Shown: positions 37,949-51,989 of the stretch, one piece after another
Layout: each line of letters starts with the position of its first letter
How positions within the stretch are numbered: the stretch's first letter is position 1
Assembly: GCA_965285935.1 (NCBI GenBank)
Contig: OZ260667.1
Coordinates: forward strand, 11,470,001 to 11,534,000
Length of the DNA stretch: 64,000 bases
Source: Ophelia neglecta
Taxonomy: Eukaryota
Direction: 5' to 3'
Notes under the pieces: generated by a model
What the model saw: the letters and a program-made list of their open reading frames with translations, nothing else
Told to the model about the DNA's origin: nothing
The model's database searches: none
Program-made: the position numbers and the translations under genes

Positions 37949-40610
37949 CTGTGTTCTCGAAGCTGAGATCCCTAGGCTCAATGCTGAGATCTGGAGGTTG
38001 AATTTTCGAGGCTGAGTTCCCGAGGTTTGGGACTGAGTTCTTGAGGTTAAGTTCCAATGGAGTCTGGCAGTTTACAATTAACATTGATTACAATTCATCA
38101 AAATCAGATGGATTTTGAGCTTGGACGATTGGTAGACAGAAGACGAATGCCCTTTGGCAGCCCATGTGACGCGCGGACGCAGTTTAGTCGATTTATTTGG
38201 CTCGTAAAGGTGTTTCCTCGATGGTTGCTAATGGGGAGGGCACCGCTAATCGTTAGCAGGGGATTGCTCGTTTGGAGGAGCAAAGCGCCACTCTAGTAGT
38301 CACCGTAACATGTCTGTTTTGCAACTTAAACCAGCATATTTAGTGGCTATTTAAGAGAAGATGTCTTAAAAAATTAAGACGCCAGACTCGGGAGACAGGT
38401 GGTGGGATATGACAGAAGGCGGTACCTCCCACAGGGTCAAACCCCTTGGCCTTGGCGGCCAGCGTCCCATCCATCCCAGAAGCCCCTTCGTCAGTGGCAG
38501 CTGATCACATCCGCCATGTTCAACGCGGCATTGGCATGCAAAACGGCAATTCAAACTTCTTTATTTCCTTGCTCCCAATCAAAAATTTATCAGCGGCTGC
38601 CGATTGTGCAATGTTTGCTTCTTTAGCTGGTTATTGATGGTCTCAATTGACCTTTCTCGGCTCTGACTGTGTTTGGGGTTGGTCTCTGACCCGATTATCG
38701 CCCGCCCTGTTGGCAGGCCAGAGGGGAGCTCTACGGGGTTCACACGAACGCCTTCAATAGCACGGGGGCCCGCTAAGTACCGCATCCTCACTGCTGTCTA
38801 CGTTTTAAAGTGGCTTTGTTTTAGTGAAACATCGTATAGGCCTAAAGGAACACGCTTTCAGGGTGTCAAAATACAGAGAAGTCGGAAAGACGGAGAACCG
38901 TGAAACCCTCTTAAACCCTGGGCACAGCATCGCCTGGTTTGTCCTGTAGGGTTGATCGGTAAAATGAGCTACGTTTTCACCTCAACTCCAGGAGATCCGT
39001 TGACATTTGACCACACCACAGATGTGTCAGGTTTAACCAGCAAGCCGCCAGATTACAGAATATTCTTAATGTGTCTTCGGCGAGAAGGATTCTTTTCAAA
39101 ATCGTTTAAAGAATGGAAAATTGATTAAAGCTATATATTTGCTGTCGAGTTTGACCTTGGGTTGCGGCCGACATAGCGAGTTCCGCCTCGGTACAGACGC
39201 TGGACTTGTAAACACGACGCCACGTCGACAGCCATACACAGCTTAATCCATCAAATTAAAGGCAAAAACCCAGCCTGCCTGCTGTTTTGATAGCCTATGT
39301 TAGGAGGCGGAGGTTTATGGTATCTAGAGGCGGTTATGAGGCTATAGCGTGCCGCGTCTCGTCTTACTCCGCCGCCAAGGACGAGGTAATGGCGGCAGGC
39401 GCGCTGAGAACTTAAACCGCTGACTTATCTATTATAAATGAGACGCTCAATATCACGAGTCTTCTGAGTCACAGCCTGCTCCCACAACGGCTGAGTGGAG
39501 TCCTCTGGCGGCACAACAGGTAATTACCCTCAATCAAGTAAAAGACATTCATAACAAGATCAAGTTAAATGTGAATAGTAAAGAATTTAGGATCAAGGAC
39601 ATTTCGTTGACCTATAATAACGGAAAGTTTCTTTGAGTGAATATTGCCTACAATCTATGATGGCGTTTACAAAACTTTGTTCCCTCGACAGTTACTTCCT
39701 GCCGTACTAAGATACCCTGACAAACGAGCCCCGTCCCAAACTCTCATCCATTACCCGCCATGCACCTCGCGGCCTTGGGGCCCTTTACACGTCAGAGTTT
39801 TTAGCTTGTGTATTATATATTTTTGTTCCGTGTGATGCGGTCGTGACCCCGTTGATTGGGAGGTTAATAACTGCCATTGTGTGATGTAGGAGCGGTCGGG
39901 AGTAATTTTCCCGGGACCGGGGGCCATTATCGCTCATTGTTGTCGAGTGATTAGGGCAGAGAGGTGCCGGGATGGACGGCGGGCGGAAAGGGGCCGACGG
40001 TGTGCTCAGTTCCCGGGGGAAAGCGGGATCTGCCCGTCAGTCACACACCCGCCCGACCCCCTCGACTCTCGAGGCCGCCATAACACATTGAAACACGCCG
40101 TCCCTGATTTATTGGCCTTTGCCCATTAGGGCTGGTCGGTTTAATGGAGTTAATTGGTGGTAATGTAGGGGTAATGCCGGGGTAATGCGGTCTCGCGGGG
40201 AGACTAGGGCGGGGTGGGGCCGGGAGGTGTAGCCGCCATCACCCCTCCCATTGTTACCCGAGCACCCGGGCGCTACAGATAGCCGACTCGGGTCAATGAG
40301 CACGGACAATGGAGGGAGATTTTAACACGTCATGAAGAGCGTCATAACATCAGGGGTGGTCACGGGTCAGCGGTACCGGACAGAGCTCGGCTAATGAAAC
40401 ACCAAGACCAGCGAGTTGTACAGCACCAAATAATAAAACAAATCCTGGGAGAGTTAACTCAGTGTAATCAAACGAGGACAAGTCAAGGACATGGGTATAC
40501 ATTATTGATAGAGTCTGTCTGAGTAAAACTCGTTAGAACGGGTAGACTATATACATGGACGGCTCCGGAGAAAAGACTTACGGTCTGCGATAGGCTATAT
40601 CTTACCTATA

Positions 40611-40788
40611 CAGGGAAACCTGCCCTAAAGACCACCTCTATAATCAGACCAGCAGTCAATTCAGACAACTAATATGAGGACCATGCTGTATGCTTTGAAT
40701 GTTAAATAACCTGTCTAAACAGACCATCTCCGAAATCAGACCATTATTTTCCAGTTTCTTTGGTGGTCTTAATTCATAGGTTTCACTG
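40611..40788. mobile_element. Tc1/mariner-superfamily (pogo/Tigger-type) MITE, 178 bp
   Basis: TA at both flanks (40609-10 and 40789-90); TIRs CAGGGAAACCTGCCCTAAAGACCACC vs revcomp CAGTGAAACCTATGAATTAAGACCACC; internal (C/A)AGACCA sub-repeats. Confidence 0.88.
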
Positions 40789-41150
40789 TATGTAGGCCTC
40801 ACTGCATGGTTAGGCCTGCAAATCGTTTCTTTTCCACCGTAAAAGTTCATTACTTCGAAGTTGTTAGTTCTATATTTGCATGTGTCTAATTAACATGTAA
40901 GCTCTGTACACCTTTTTTTTCATTTCCCCGACACACTTTGGGTGTCCTGGGCCTTAAACCTGGCAGATCGTGGTGCTGGACAATGGTCTATCATCTGGTA
41001 ACAGACAGCCTCGGACAAGTCGCCGGCGGATTTTGGACGGACAGCCAAAACGGTTTTAGACGTGTTTGTGTCCAGGCTATTGAAGGAGACATAGGTAAAG
41101 GAGGCAAGGCCTGAGCCAAGCATATAGGACCTCATTACCAAGATACCATT

Positions 41151-41521
41151 TCCTGGGGGGGGGGGGGGGGGGTAATCCAATATCTTGCCAGTGTAGGTAT
41201 GCTCCGTCTTAAATTTTATGTTTTCACGATTATTTCCCTATCAAAAGGAGTATCGTTTTCATCATGATTCTATTAAATGGGTCCCTTTTTCACATCATGC
41301 GCTATCAATGTCTAATTTTTCTACTTCCATAGCAATAGGGTGGATTTTTGACGATATTTTCTATCAAAAGGGGCCATTTGTTGACAAATTTCTATCAAAT
41401 GGGTAGCTTTTTTGATGACCCTATCCTAATGACTCCCGTTTTCAAAGCCCCTAACCCTTATATATAGGAAGTACCCCCCCCCCCTCCCCCGAACCCCCTC
41501 CCCCACGTCCCCACCCCAGGG
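41151..41521. mobile_element. Non-autonomous DNA element with poly-G/poly-C termini and ~31-bp internal repeats
   Basis: Left end CCTG(G)nTA, right end AAGTA(C)n...CCCCAGGG; CTATCAAA(A/T)GGG-like motifs at ~41238, 41270, 41302, 41361, 41392 and 41422. Confidence 0.6.
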
Positions 41522-42829
41522 TTCGATTCCCTCTATTATTCACAGATACCATGATGAATGCCATATAGTCCTGAGACGAATCTTCCCGTCAAACCCCGCT
41601 GCTTCGGGCTTTCCTTTTATGAACTTATCATGCTGCTTCTCCTTATAAACATCCAATGTGAACGCTCAGCAAAATGAGTCACCTACGGGTGAAGATTTGA
41701 GGGATACTTTACTAGCCAATGGGAGGGGAGAACCACGACAAAATACAATAGGAGTGTCAGGAACCCGTGGTCGGGAATGGTGTTAGGCGTATCTCCACAG
41801 GACAGATCCTCTACCCCCCCCCCCACCCCCCACCCCCCCCCCACCCCACCTCGCCCTGGTCCAAGTGTAAAACCATGTAAATACGAGCTGGTCGTCACAC
41901 CGACTTCAGGCCAAGATCTCTTATTGATGCGCGAGTATCGAAATCTGCCTTTGGCCTTGGGCCCTGTCTGTATAGATATATTTTTATACCTTTTAATATT
42001 TGTTAATTTTATTATAGCCCACACCTTAGTTTTTGAATACGGCCCTATTCAGCTGTCCCCAATGCTTCAATCTGACCCCATCCTCTCACTGCTGTATCTA
42101 TTACGTCTTCTATCAGTTCCTGTTCGGCTTCAGACTCCGAACCTTGTCTGCTTGCTCGCCTTGTTCTGTCCGCCCAGTTTTAGTTGTCATTACCTATACA
42201 TATCCTGCTCTGGTTTGTCTATCCGCAGCCCCCTGATCAGCGTACCCCCGAGTCCCCCTTCCTCTGTTTCCATTGATTGATTCCCTGTCATCGCTGTGCC
42301 CGCCAGAGCTCGCCAGTCCTTTGAGGCTGTCGCCTCTGACGGAGCTTCGCCCGTGGCCGGCCGCGATATGTCGTCGCCGACCGATTCTGCCGTGCGGGGG
42401 ATCAGATAGCTGTCCCCTCGGGACTGCGCCCGTCTTTAATCCCAGACCAGTGGGACCCACTCGGGCTTCAAGCCCGTCCCCAGGGGCTCTTAGCTCTTAT
42501 TTACGGGCCTGACGCTCGTCAGCGGCCGTCTTATCACCGTGCTAGCCGGAGCGTGGCAGTTTTTGCGCCGTGTGTGGCGAGTGTGCTGGGGCTGAGATAG
42601 CGGGCTGAGGCTCCCCTGTGTGCCTCGGCGGCGGGGTGTCTATCGTCCTCCCAGGTGGGTAGTTCCCTCGAGGGCCCGGGACGCTATCAGCCCGGACACC
42701 CCTCCGCAGACGGGGCAGCTTGTCAGGAGTCACGCAGGGCGGCCAGGATAACTCATCGAGCAAACCAATGGCTATACTAACTTAGCCAGACCGCGCGGAG
42801 AGAGTGACAGAGGGAGGGGTGAGGGCTCG

Positions 42830-43175
42830 AGGGAAGGGGAAGCTTACTCAAATGTAAATTCCAGCACGGGGAGGGGCTGCCGACTGCATCATATGGTCTT
42901 TGGAAAAGGGCTGTCTCGTCAAACGAATACTCAGGCATTGGAAGGGGCTGTTGACCCAAACGTATTCTGACATGGAAAAGGGATACCTGCTCAAACGTTT
43001 GTACTTACTCTTAGGGGAAAGGCTGTTTACTCAAATTAATACTCAGACCTGGAAAGGGACCGTTGACACAAGTGTATACTCCAAAATGGGGAAGGCTTCT
43101 AACTTAAATTTGTACTCGTGCAAGGGGAGGGGCTGCTGACCGTGGAAAGCGGGATGCTTGCTCAAACGGGTGTAC
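42830..43175. repeat. Old, highly diverged ~37-bp tandem repeat, ~10 copies
   Basis: Approximate consensus GGAAAGGGGCTGTTGACTCAAACGTATACTCAGACAT, visible through periodic GGAA(A)GGG...CAAA...TACTC. Confidence 0.7.
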
Positions 43176-43751
43176 ACCGTCCTGTGGGTCGGGCTGCTTC
43201 ACCCTTAATATCACCAGACGACCACTACTCTATAAGACAAGACACTGCCAGAAATCTTAATGCTTCCAACTTCAATTAAACTAATGTTGCCAGACTTTCT
43301 GTATATCCTGTCTGGTCTGGTTTCCATAGTAACGTATTACTTTGATATATGGGTGTAATCAGCGACCACACCTGAGCTGCCGTGGATATCGGCTGGAGTG
43401 CCGTGCCTGTCACATGTACCGTGGGGGTAATTACCGGTGTCCATGGTAACGTGTGTAGGGCGGGGCTGGCAAGCCGGTACCTTCCCTCAGATGACGGTGG
43501 AGATCAAAGCGGTTTGTGATCCCGTGATTAGAGTGTCTCGGGAGTTATCAGGTGTACGGAAAAAGTCGTAATCAAAGGACGGGAGCAATCAGGCGGGTTC
43601 CGGGCCTGACGAGGGAGGGGGCGAAGAGGATGGGAGGAGGCAGCAGGCAGGAAGTGGCAGCCACCGCCTGCCTGGGAACATCACACGGCTCGTCGCCCCG
43701 TTAACTGGGCGAGAGACACTAATACCTATATGCAAAACAGGCTTGGGGCTG

Positions 43752-45917
43752 CAAGGCCCCACCAAGACAGCAAGGCCGCACCAACACAGCAAGGCCCCTC
43801 AAAGACAGCAAGGTCAAGACAGCAAGGCCCCGCAAAGACAGCTAGGCCAAGACAGCAAGGCCCCGCAAAGACAGCAAGACCCCTCAAAGACAGCAAGGTC
43901 AAGACAGCAAGGCCCCGCAAAGACAGCAAGACCCGCCAAGACAGCAAGGCCAAGACAGCAAGGCCAAGACAGCAAGGCCAAGACAGCAAGGCCCCGCAAA
44001 GACAGCAAGGCCAAGACAGCAAGGCCAAGACAGCAAGGCCAAGACAGCAAGGCCCCGCAAAGACAGCAAGGCCAAGACAGCAAGGCCAAGACAGCAAGGC
44101 CAAGACAGCAAGGCCAAGACAGCAAGGCCCCGCAAAGACAGCAAGGCCAAGACAGCAAGGCCCCCCAAGACAGCAAGGCCAAGACAGCAAGGCCAAGACA
44201 GCAAGGCCAGACAGCAAGGCCAAGACAGCAAGGCCCCTCAAAGACAGCAAGGCCAAGACAGCAAGGCCCCGCCAAGACAGCAATGCCAAGACAGCAAGGC
44301 CAAGACAGCAAGGCCCCGCCAAGAGAGCATTGCCAAGACAGCAAGGCCAAGACAGCAAGGCCAAGACAGCAAGGCCAAGACAGCAAGGCCCCGCCAAGAC
44401 AGCAAGGCCAAGACAGCAAGGCCCCGCCAAGACAGCAAGGCCCCGCCAAGATAGCAAGGCCCCGCCAAGAGAGCAAGGCCAAGACAACAAGGCCCCGCAA
44501 AGACAGCTAGGCCCTCCCAAGACAGCAAGGCCCCGCCAAGATAGCAAGGCCCCGCCAAGACAGCAAGGCATAGACAGCAAGGCCCCGCAAAGACAGCTAG
44601 GCACTCCCAAGACAGCAAGGCCAAGACAGCAAGGCCCCGCCAAGACAGCAAGGCCAAGACAGCAAGGCCCCGCAAAGACAGCTAGGCCCTCCCAAGACAG
44701 CAAGGCCCCGCCAGGACAACAAGGCCCCGCCAAGACAGCAAGGCCCCGCCAAGACTGCAAGGCCGAGATAGCAAGGCCCCGCCAAGACAGCAAGGCCCGC
44801 CAAAACAGCAAAGCCCCGCCAGACAGCAAGGCCCCGCCAGGACAACAAGGCCCCGCCCAGACAGCAAGGCCAAGACAGCAAGGCCAAGACAGCAAGGCAA
44901 GGACAGCAAGGCCAAGACAGCAAGGCCAAGACAGCAAGGCCCCGCCCAGACAGCAAGGCCCCGCCCAGACAGCAAGGCCCCGCCCAGACAGCAAGGCCCC
45001 GCCCAGACAGCAAGGCCCCGCCCAGACAGCAAGGCCAAGACAGCAAGGCCAAGACAGCAAGGCAAGGACAGCAAGGCCAAGACAGCAAGGCCAAGACAGC
45101 AAGGCCAAGACAGCAAGGCCAAGACAGCAAGGCCAAGACAGCAAGCACCCCCCCCCTCCCTCCCCCAAGACAGCAAGGCCAAGACAGCAAGGCCAAGACA
45201 GCAAGGCCAAGACAGCAAGCACCCCCCCCCCCCCCCCCTCCCCCAAGACAGCAAGGCCAAGACAGCAAGGCCAAGACAGCAAGGCCAAGACAGCAAGGCC
45301 AAGACAGCAAGGCCAAGACAGCAAGGCCAAGACAGCAAGCACCCCCCCCCCTCCCTCCCCCAAGACAGCAAGGCCAAGACAGCAAGCCCCCCCCCCCTCC
45401 CCCAAGACAGCAAGGCCAAGACAGCAAGGCCAAGACAGCAAGGTCAAGACAGCAAGGCCAAGACAGCAAGGCCAAGACAGCAAGGCCAAGACAGCAAGGC
45501 CAAGTCAGCAAGGCAAAGACAGCAAGGCAAAGACAGCAAGGCCCCCCCAAGACAGCAAGGCCAAGACAGCAAGGCCAAGACAGCAAGGCCAAGACAGCAA
45601 GGCAAAGACAGCAAGGCAAAGACAGCAAGGCCCCCCAAGACAGCAAGGCCAAGACAGCAAGACCAAGACAGCAAGGCAAGGACAGCAAAGTCCCCCAAGA
45701 CAGCAAGGCCAAGACAGCAAGACCAAGACAGCAAGGCAAGGACAGCAAAGTCCCCCAAGACAGCAAGGCCAAGACAACAAGCCCCCCCCCCCTCCCCCCA
45801 AGACAGCTAGGCCAAGTCAGCAAGGCCAAGACCGCAAGCCCCCCCCCCCTCCCCCCAAGACAGCTAGGCCAAGACAGCGAGGCCAAGACCGCAAGGCCCC
45901 CCAAGACAGCAAGGCCA
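43752..45917. repeat. 2.2-kb compound minisatellite of 14-bp and 19-bp units
   Basis: Core AAGACAGCAAGG with linkers CC, CCCCGCA, CCCCGCC, CCCCTCA or poly-C. Confidence 0.98.
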
Positions 45918-48900
45918 GGATCGCTGCGGACATGAAGGGTAACGCCCTCCATCACACGCCGGGTCCGGATATGTTGAATGGTGAGTTGTTATTGAGATAG
46001 ATGTAAACTATACTACTGGATAAGAGCAAATTTCGCCGGGTATTATTGACTTGGTGGGGTATTATTCATCCCAAATATGGTGGAATGAAACAGCTGGCGG
46101 AGATTACTACATTTAATTACATCAATTATAATATTATTATTCCGCTAGAATGGGCTCTTGCGCACACATCTATGGAGCACCATTTCGTGTATCAATGAAT
46201 TGTCCGTTTTGCTCTGAATCTATAACAACAAAGTTTTGCTTAAAATAATAAATATATATATATATTACACGGTTACCTTTCAGGTCTCCCCGTCCGAGTG
46301 TCCTAGAGTATATAGCTGGTTTCTAGCAGTCTGAGCGTTTTAGGAACAGATCCATTCGGTCTCTCACCCTCAGCGACTAACTAACTACGTGATGTACATG
46401 TCCTACACTGTACCTACGAAAGAATTATAAATTTGTAATTAATAAGCCTAATACAATTTGTTTTCCTGGATAAACAAAGATAGGATATTAACAAGAGAGG
46501 CGATGTACGATAACTGCTATCCGAAAACGTAGATAGCATTTGATAGGTAGTTTGGACAGCATGCCATAGCAGAGCAGTACACTAGGCGTAAAAGTCGGTG
46601 TCAAATATATGTATATAGTTTAGCTCGGATTTGTCTGTGTACATTTTACCCGGAATATCTGCCAGAAGGGTGTGTGCTGTCGCCGAGGAGACGCTGCGCA
46701 GACCCAGGTGCGCAGTGACGCAGTTGGCTCCGGGACACAGTTCGGTTACTGGTGGTATCCGCGTCTTTGACACGGAGACGGGTTTTGATGTCGCCCTCAG
46801 TGGTTAAGCCTTTGACTCCTGCGATAATCCTCAGGTAAGCCTGGATACCCGAGCCTACCTGTGCCGGTGTAAGGCAGGACACACCTGTGAGGGTCGGAGA
46901 CGTCGGCTCGGGTGTCGGGGGCCGAGTTACCGCGCTGGGCGGGTGTGGAGAGCGGGGCCAGGTGGTCAGTCACACCGACAGACGGACAAGACACCAGACA
47001 GGAGACTCCACATCTGGGGCGGCTCTCCATGTCAACTCGTAACATACAAACACAGTGATGGAGCCGCGAGTTACAAGGAGACAATTTCCATTGCGGTCAT
47101 ATAACTGACGGTCATCTAATTTCCCTCGGCTTCCATCATTTTATACCTGCACCGACTTTGGTGGGCAAAAATCAACAAAAGAAACGTTTTTGTAGGAAAC
47201 ATTCCGTAAATATGAAACGAATTATTTATTATTTTATCAGTGACCCCTTAGTGACGCTCGCGATATACTTTAAATATGAAATAAAAGTGTTGTCGCGCGT
47301 GCCTCTAAACGACCGCGCACGGAGACAAATACCCTAAAGTGGTCGGAAGCATATACATGTAGTGGGATTGTCAAATCCCCCCCCCCCCCCTGACACACAC
47401 ACACAGTCACACAGAAAAGAAGAAAAGAAGCCTTTAACCACCCCTGATACCATACTCAGAAGGCCGGTAGGTGTGGCCCTGGTAGGCGCTCTACAAAACT
47501 ATAGCCCCGGTTAAGACATCAATCTACAGACAACTCTAACCTTCGTCCGTGGGTTTTACAGTGATGGGACGGGGCTTAGCGCCTGGGTCATGAGCTACCT
47601 CAGGTATACAGTACCCCCCCCCCCTCCCCCTCCCGCGGGGGCTCACAATAAGCTCGTGTCGCAGTCGTCTGCCATGTCCGTGTAGGACCATTTTAAAGCC
47701 CTGTAGGGTCAAAAGAAAAGGCAATGACACAGCAATGACTAGAGTATAAACTATTTTATTCTTACATAACAGTTATTGCATCATACATAATATAATGCAA
47801 AGCAGCCAGGTCTTGTATGACCTTCCATACATAGCAGTAATATAGAATATAATAATAAGGAATATAATTAGCAAAATTTAACAAGGCCATGTTTCTCCAG
47901 TTTATTAGGGCTGAGTTTATGGAGGAACAATGTATCTAATCTAGGGAGATCAAGGGCCACCCCCCACCCTCACATATAGACCGGGGAGTGTTCAAGACAG
48001 GACAAGCAAAACAATTATCCCCCACCACTTCCTAACAGAACTGAGATATCATGACGGGATAACGGCACCTGGTGTCGCTATACGTGTATTATATATACTA
48101 GGAGGAATCAAAGGATGCGCGATGTCATCCGACTTAACCATACGTCAACTCAGTTTGTATCAAATTCGTTCTAAGCTACACTAGTCAGTCCGTCGGCCTT
48201 GTCGAGTTTGACCAGATACTAGTGACAACGACCTTTTACAACTCCAATATATTGGGACAAAGGAACAAATTTCCTCCAATTTGTTTGACTTTTGTTTAAT
48301 TTTTAATGCGTCCACAGTTTCGGCCGGAGAATGGTTACCTTCATATAGACCAACATCTAGATTAGTTTGACAACACGCTTTGCAGCTGATTTAAGACTTA
48401 TAAACAGTCAGTTAGTCACATAAAGACTGATCAGAACGGCTCAATTACTTTTTCGGTATACTAAGTATCTAATCCGTGGCTGTAATACCATCTATGCTAA
48501 GAAAAACCGCAGGTAGAAAGTGAGGTAATTTTACATAAGAATATGAACAGAGTCATGTCATCACTGGTCTGCCTGACTTATGACTCTGAGCGTGATAGTG
48601 CTCCGGACGAATGTGGACGGAGCGACCGTAAAATGTACGTCTCTTCTTCTACTTTTTGAACATTTCTACCCCTTGCCCCCCCCCCCTCCCCCATTTTCCA
48701 GTGGAGCAGGACCCGTTTGTAACTCGACCCCTTTGGGTGGCGTGGGGTCATGCAAACATGGTAGAGCCATTACAACAAATTGCCATATCACTTTCTGGCT
48801 GGGTAAAGAGCGCCGGCACAGTTATGACAGGTCATGTAAGATGAGAGGGGCTTGCGTGTCCGCGCCGTGACGGGGGTAGGGGCGGCCGAGCGCGATCCCC

Positions 48901-50116
48901 GTCCTCGGGGCTGCGGCACGACACCACGGGCTCCCGGCCTGCCAACTCCCCGACAACAACCGGCCTAACAGTGCCGCTTATGTAAAGTATCGCCAACAAT
49001 ATGTGATTAGGTTTCAATAACGCGGCGATCTGACAACCAATTAGGGAGTCGACTGCATGCAAGCCGTCCTCGTCACGTCAGGTTGCCAACGGTGATAAAG
49101 TCAAAACGCCACACGAGCCACAACTCTCGTGACAGATCTCGTGATTAACACAATAACGAGATGTGAGCTATATCCCGCCAAACCGGCTCCGTCAGGTACC
49201 ATCCGGGTTCTGAGCACGAGCTGACACGTCACCCGTCAACGAACGCCGGATTCAAACGCAAACTTGTCCAATCAGACAAACAAGGTCAGAATCTGTCATA
49301 GTCTGATCGCCGTCACCCCACCTCATAGTCACGAATATGAAACCTTAGTGATTTCTACACCGGAAGCATTAACAACCACCGCGCAAGCGCGTGTGAGTGA
49401 AAAAGGGATGATTCTGGTTGGAAAATAATCTACTTGTCAAAATAGTTGTCATTTACATTGATATGACTGCAAAACCGGAACCAATAATTTACTGGGCATG
49501 CATAGCATCGTTTCATGCTCATTTTTGAGTAATTGGATTACGTGTCAGTCTTCGGCCGCGTACCATCATCTTTATGCCCTCTGTGATTGTCAGTGCGATG
49601 CCAGCGACAAAATGGCGGATATTAATTAGAATAAACGACATCGCCTTAGTTATTAGTCACTATGGGAACATGGCTGTCACTCCTACTTCCTATCTACATT
49701 TGTCTATATTATCGCCCACCATTATGCAAGCGAACCGGAGATACACGCCAAATGAGCGTTCTATCTCCGCGCATTAAGACAAAACATCTCGCACAACAAC
49801 TATTGTCTTAATGTGGATTAATGGATGGTTTTTCTGATAATCCATTGATATCTTTACATCGATCGGCAGATTTTTATCGATGAAATTCAGAAGCGTGTAT
49901 CGACTTCACTCAAAGTAAACCAGCTAATGAGTCTGTGCATGAATTAAAATAATAGTCCATGCACTTGTGGATCCATGGAGGGAGACGCCGCGCCAGGATT
50001 CTCACTTCTCCGTAAACTATCCACTCCCTCTAACCCCGCACCCCCACCCCACCCCCCTTACATACCCTACCCGCTACTTCTACCCCCACCCGCTCAATCC
50101 TCGACCCGTCAAATAA

Positions 50117-50415
50117 TTTTTATTTATTTTATTTATTTACTGACACTTGATATAGCGCATTGTATCATATCATACAAAAACATGTTCACAAGCGCTTTAC
50201 ATAAAGATACATTAAAAAAAAAAAAAAAACTTCACACAAATTAGAAATCAAAATGAATTGATAAAACTAATGAACAAAAGAAAAATAAAAGTTTTTAAAG
50301 ATAAAACAACAATACCTTAAATTTAGCACACATAAGAGATTGACTAGAGTTCACGAATAGACCTTCCCAAAAAGATGAGTTTTCACACATTTTATTAAAG
50401 ATGTTTTAATATTTC
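50117..50415 (-). mobile_element. 5'-truncated LINE 3' end (L2/CR1-group-like)
   Basis: Minus strand reads ...KCVKTHLFGKVYS-stop (KTHLF at 50369-50383, stop at 50351-53), resembling the LKTHLF C-terminus of L2-type ORF2. It continues into a 3' UTR ending TGTAAAGCGCTTGTGA...GCGCTATATCAAGT...(AAAT)n, a typical L2-type tail. Confidence 0.75.
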
Positions 50416-51989
50416 AATCAGAAACACAGGTGAGCTCTCGCGATTGGCTTGAAACTCGTTAATTATTTTTGTACACTTATCCATTCTTGCCCCCCCCCCC
50501 CCCCCCGCACTTCACCCGCTTACCACCCCTTTCTTCCAGCCCTATCTTACACTGATAAATATATATTAGTTCAAAATTCAGCACTTAATGACTTTCCTAT
50601 TTGTTATGTGCCAGAAAGCAGACACATCTGAGCGATAAATCAAGAACTATGTTAAAGTTTTACCCGTATTTGTCATTGGGTAAATGGAGTGTTCAGGAGA
50701 GCAGACGGCCGAAGTGGCGCCACCCTCACATCTGTTGTACTTGTAGCGTTCTTCTCGTGACCTGACAACGCTTCTTAGAAGAAGATACAAAATCTGTCGG
50801 CGAGGCCCTGTCGCCTTCGAACCATGAAGCTCATTGATTTACTCGAGTCGATATTTGACAGACATACCGACGACAGTACGCTGATGTTTACCACGCGATT
50901 TGAACGTGTTTGAATCCAACAGAAAACTCCCATGTCTGCGCATGTCACAGGTCGTTCACATGTGTTTTATAAGCTAATGAATTTTGATGTTTTCTTGTTC
51001 TATGACTGGAGTGCATGGCTCCACTTTGAATCGCATAAACTAATAACTAAACAAAAAAGTGACACTTCAAAATAAATATAAAAACAATTAAAACGGATCG
51101 TGGCGCGTGCCAAGGTTTGAAAAATTCCCTCTAGTCTATATGGTACCGTCTATATGGCTATTTAGCAGTTTAGTAAATCTACTGACAAGAGGTCAATACT
51201 GACGAGCAGGCAGTCAATGCGTTCGTACAAGACGCCTCCCGAGGACCGTCCTATTAGGAGGTAAACAGCTGGTATTGGCACCGAAAGCAATATAAAATAT
51301 AATAAAATATAAAAATTACTCCACACGATGGCCCTTTTTTGCAAGCTATTTGAAATAGATATTAATTTCGAATGACTTTCATAAAACAGAGCAGTCTATG
51401 GCTATTAATTATAGTTAATTACTTTCACATGTGATATCTGCTGGATGGCAGGCCTACTAGAGCAGACCTCCACTTAATATCTCTGGCTCCAATATTCATT
51501 CTGTCATGTTGTTTTTGACACGACTCTACCATATTCATCCGATTCACACTCACGTTACTTAAACTCAGGTAATGTCGCCTTCCATCATTTTATCAGTTTG
51601 TCAATTTATTTGTGTGATATTTGCTTGTCCACTGTGCCCAGCCCAATTGTTAGAACCCTCTCTTATGCCCCCATTCCCCCCGCCTCACCCTCTCGACCCA
51701 TATTAGTGCTCCTTGACCGCGTGTCCTCTCTTCTGCCCCTGTCTCCCCGGGTCGCTGCCCCTCGTATCCCCCTGCCTAGCCCCCCGCCCCTCGCCTCCCC
51801 CATCGAGTCAATCAACCCATCCGCCTTGACTATGTATCTTATTAACCGTTTGATTCACATATCCCTCACATGCTTTCCTTTTTCCCGCCTGAAATCTCTG
51901 TTCGTTGTTCCCGTCTGATTCCTTTTCTTTCCCCGGCGCCCCTAACCCTCTCTCCCCGGTGCCCCTCACCCTCTCTCCCCGGCGCCCCT

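Noticed and set aside
41519-41531. tRNA B-box-like GGTTCGATTCC
   Set aside because: No A-box or cloverleaf; sits at a MITE edge
43726-46000. 756-aa and 587-aa ORFs
   Set aside because: Built from stop-free 14/19-bp units whose peptide cycles through all frames; no domain
46666-46840. Segment ending in a strong CAG|GTAAGC donor, with a WD40-like IRVFDTETG reading
   Set aside because: All three + frames contain stops before the donor; at most a non-coding exon
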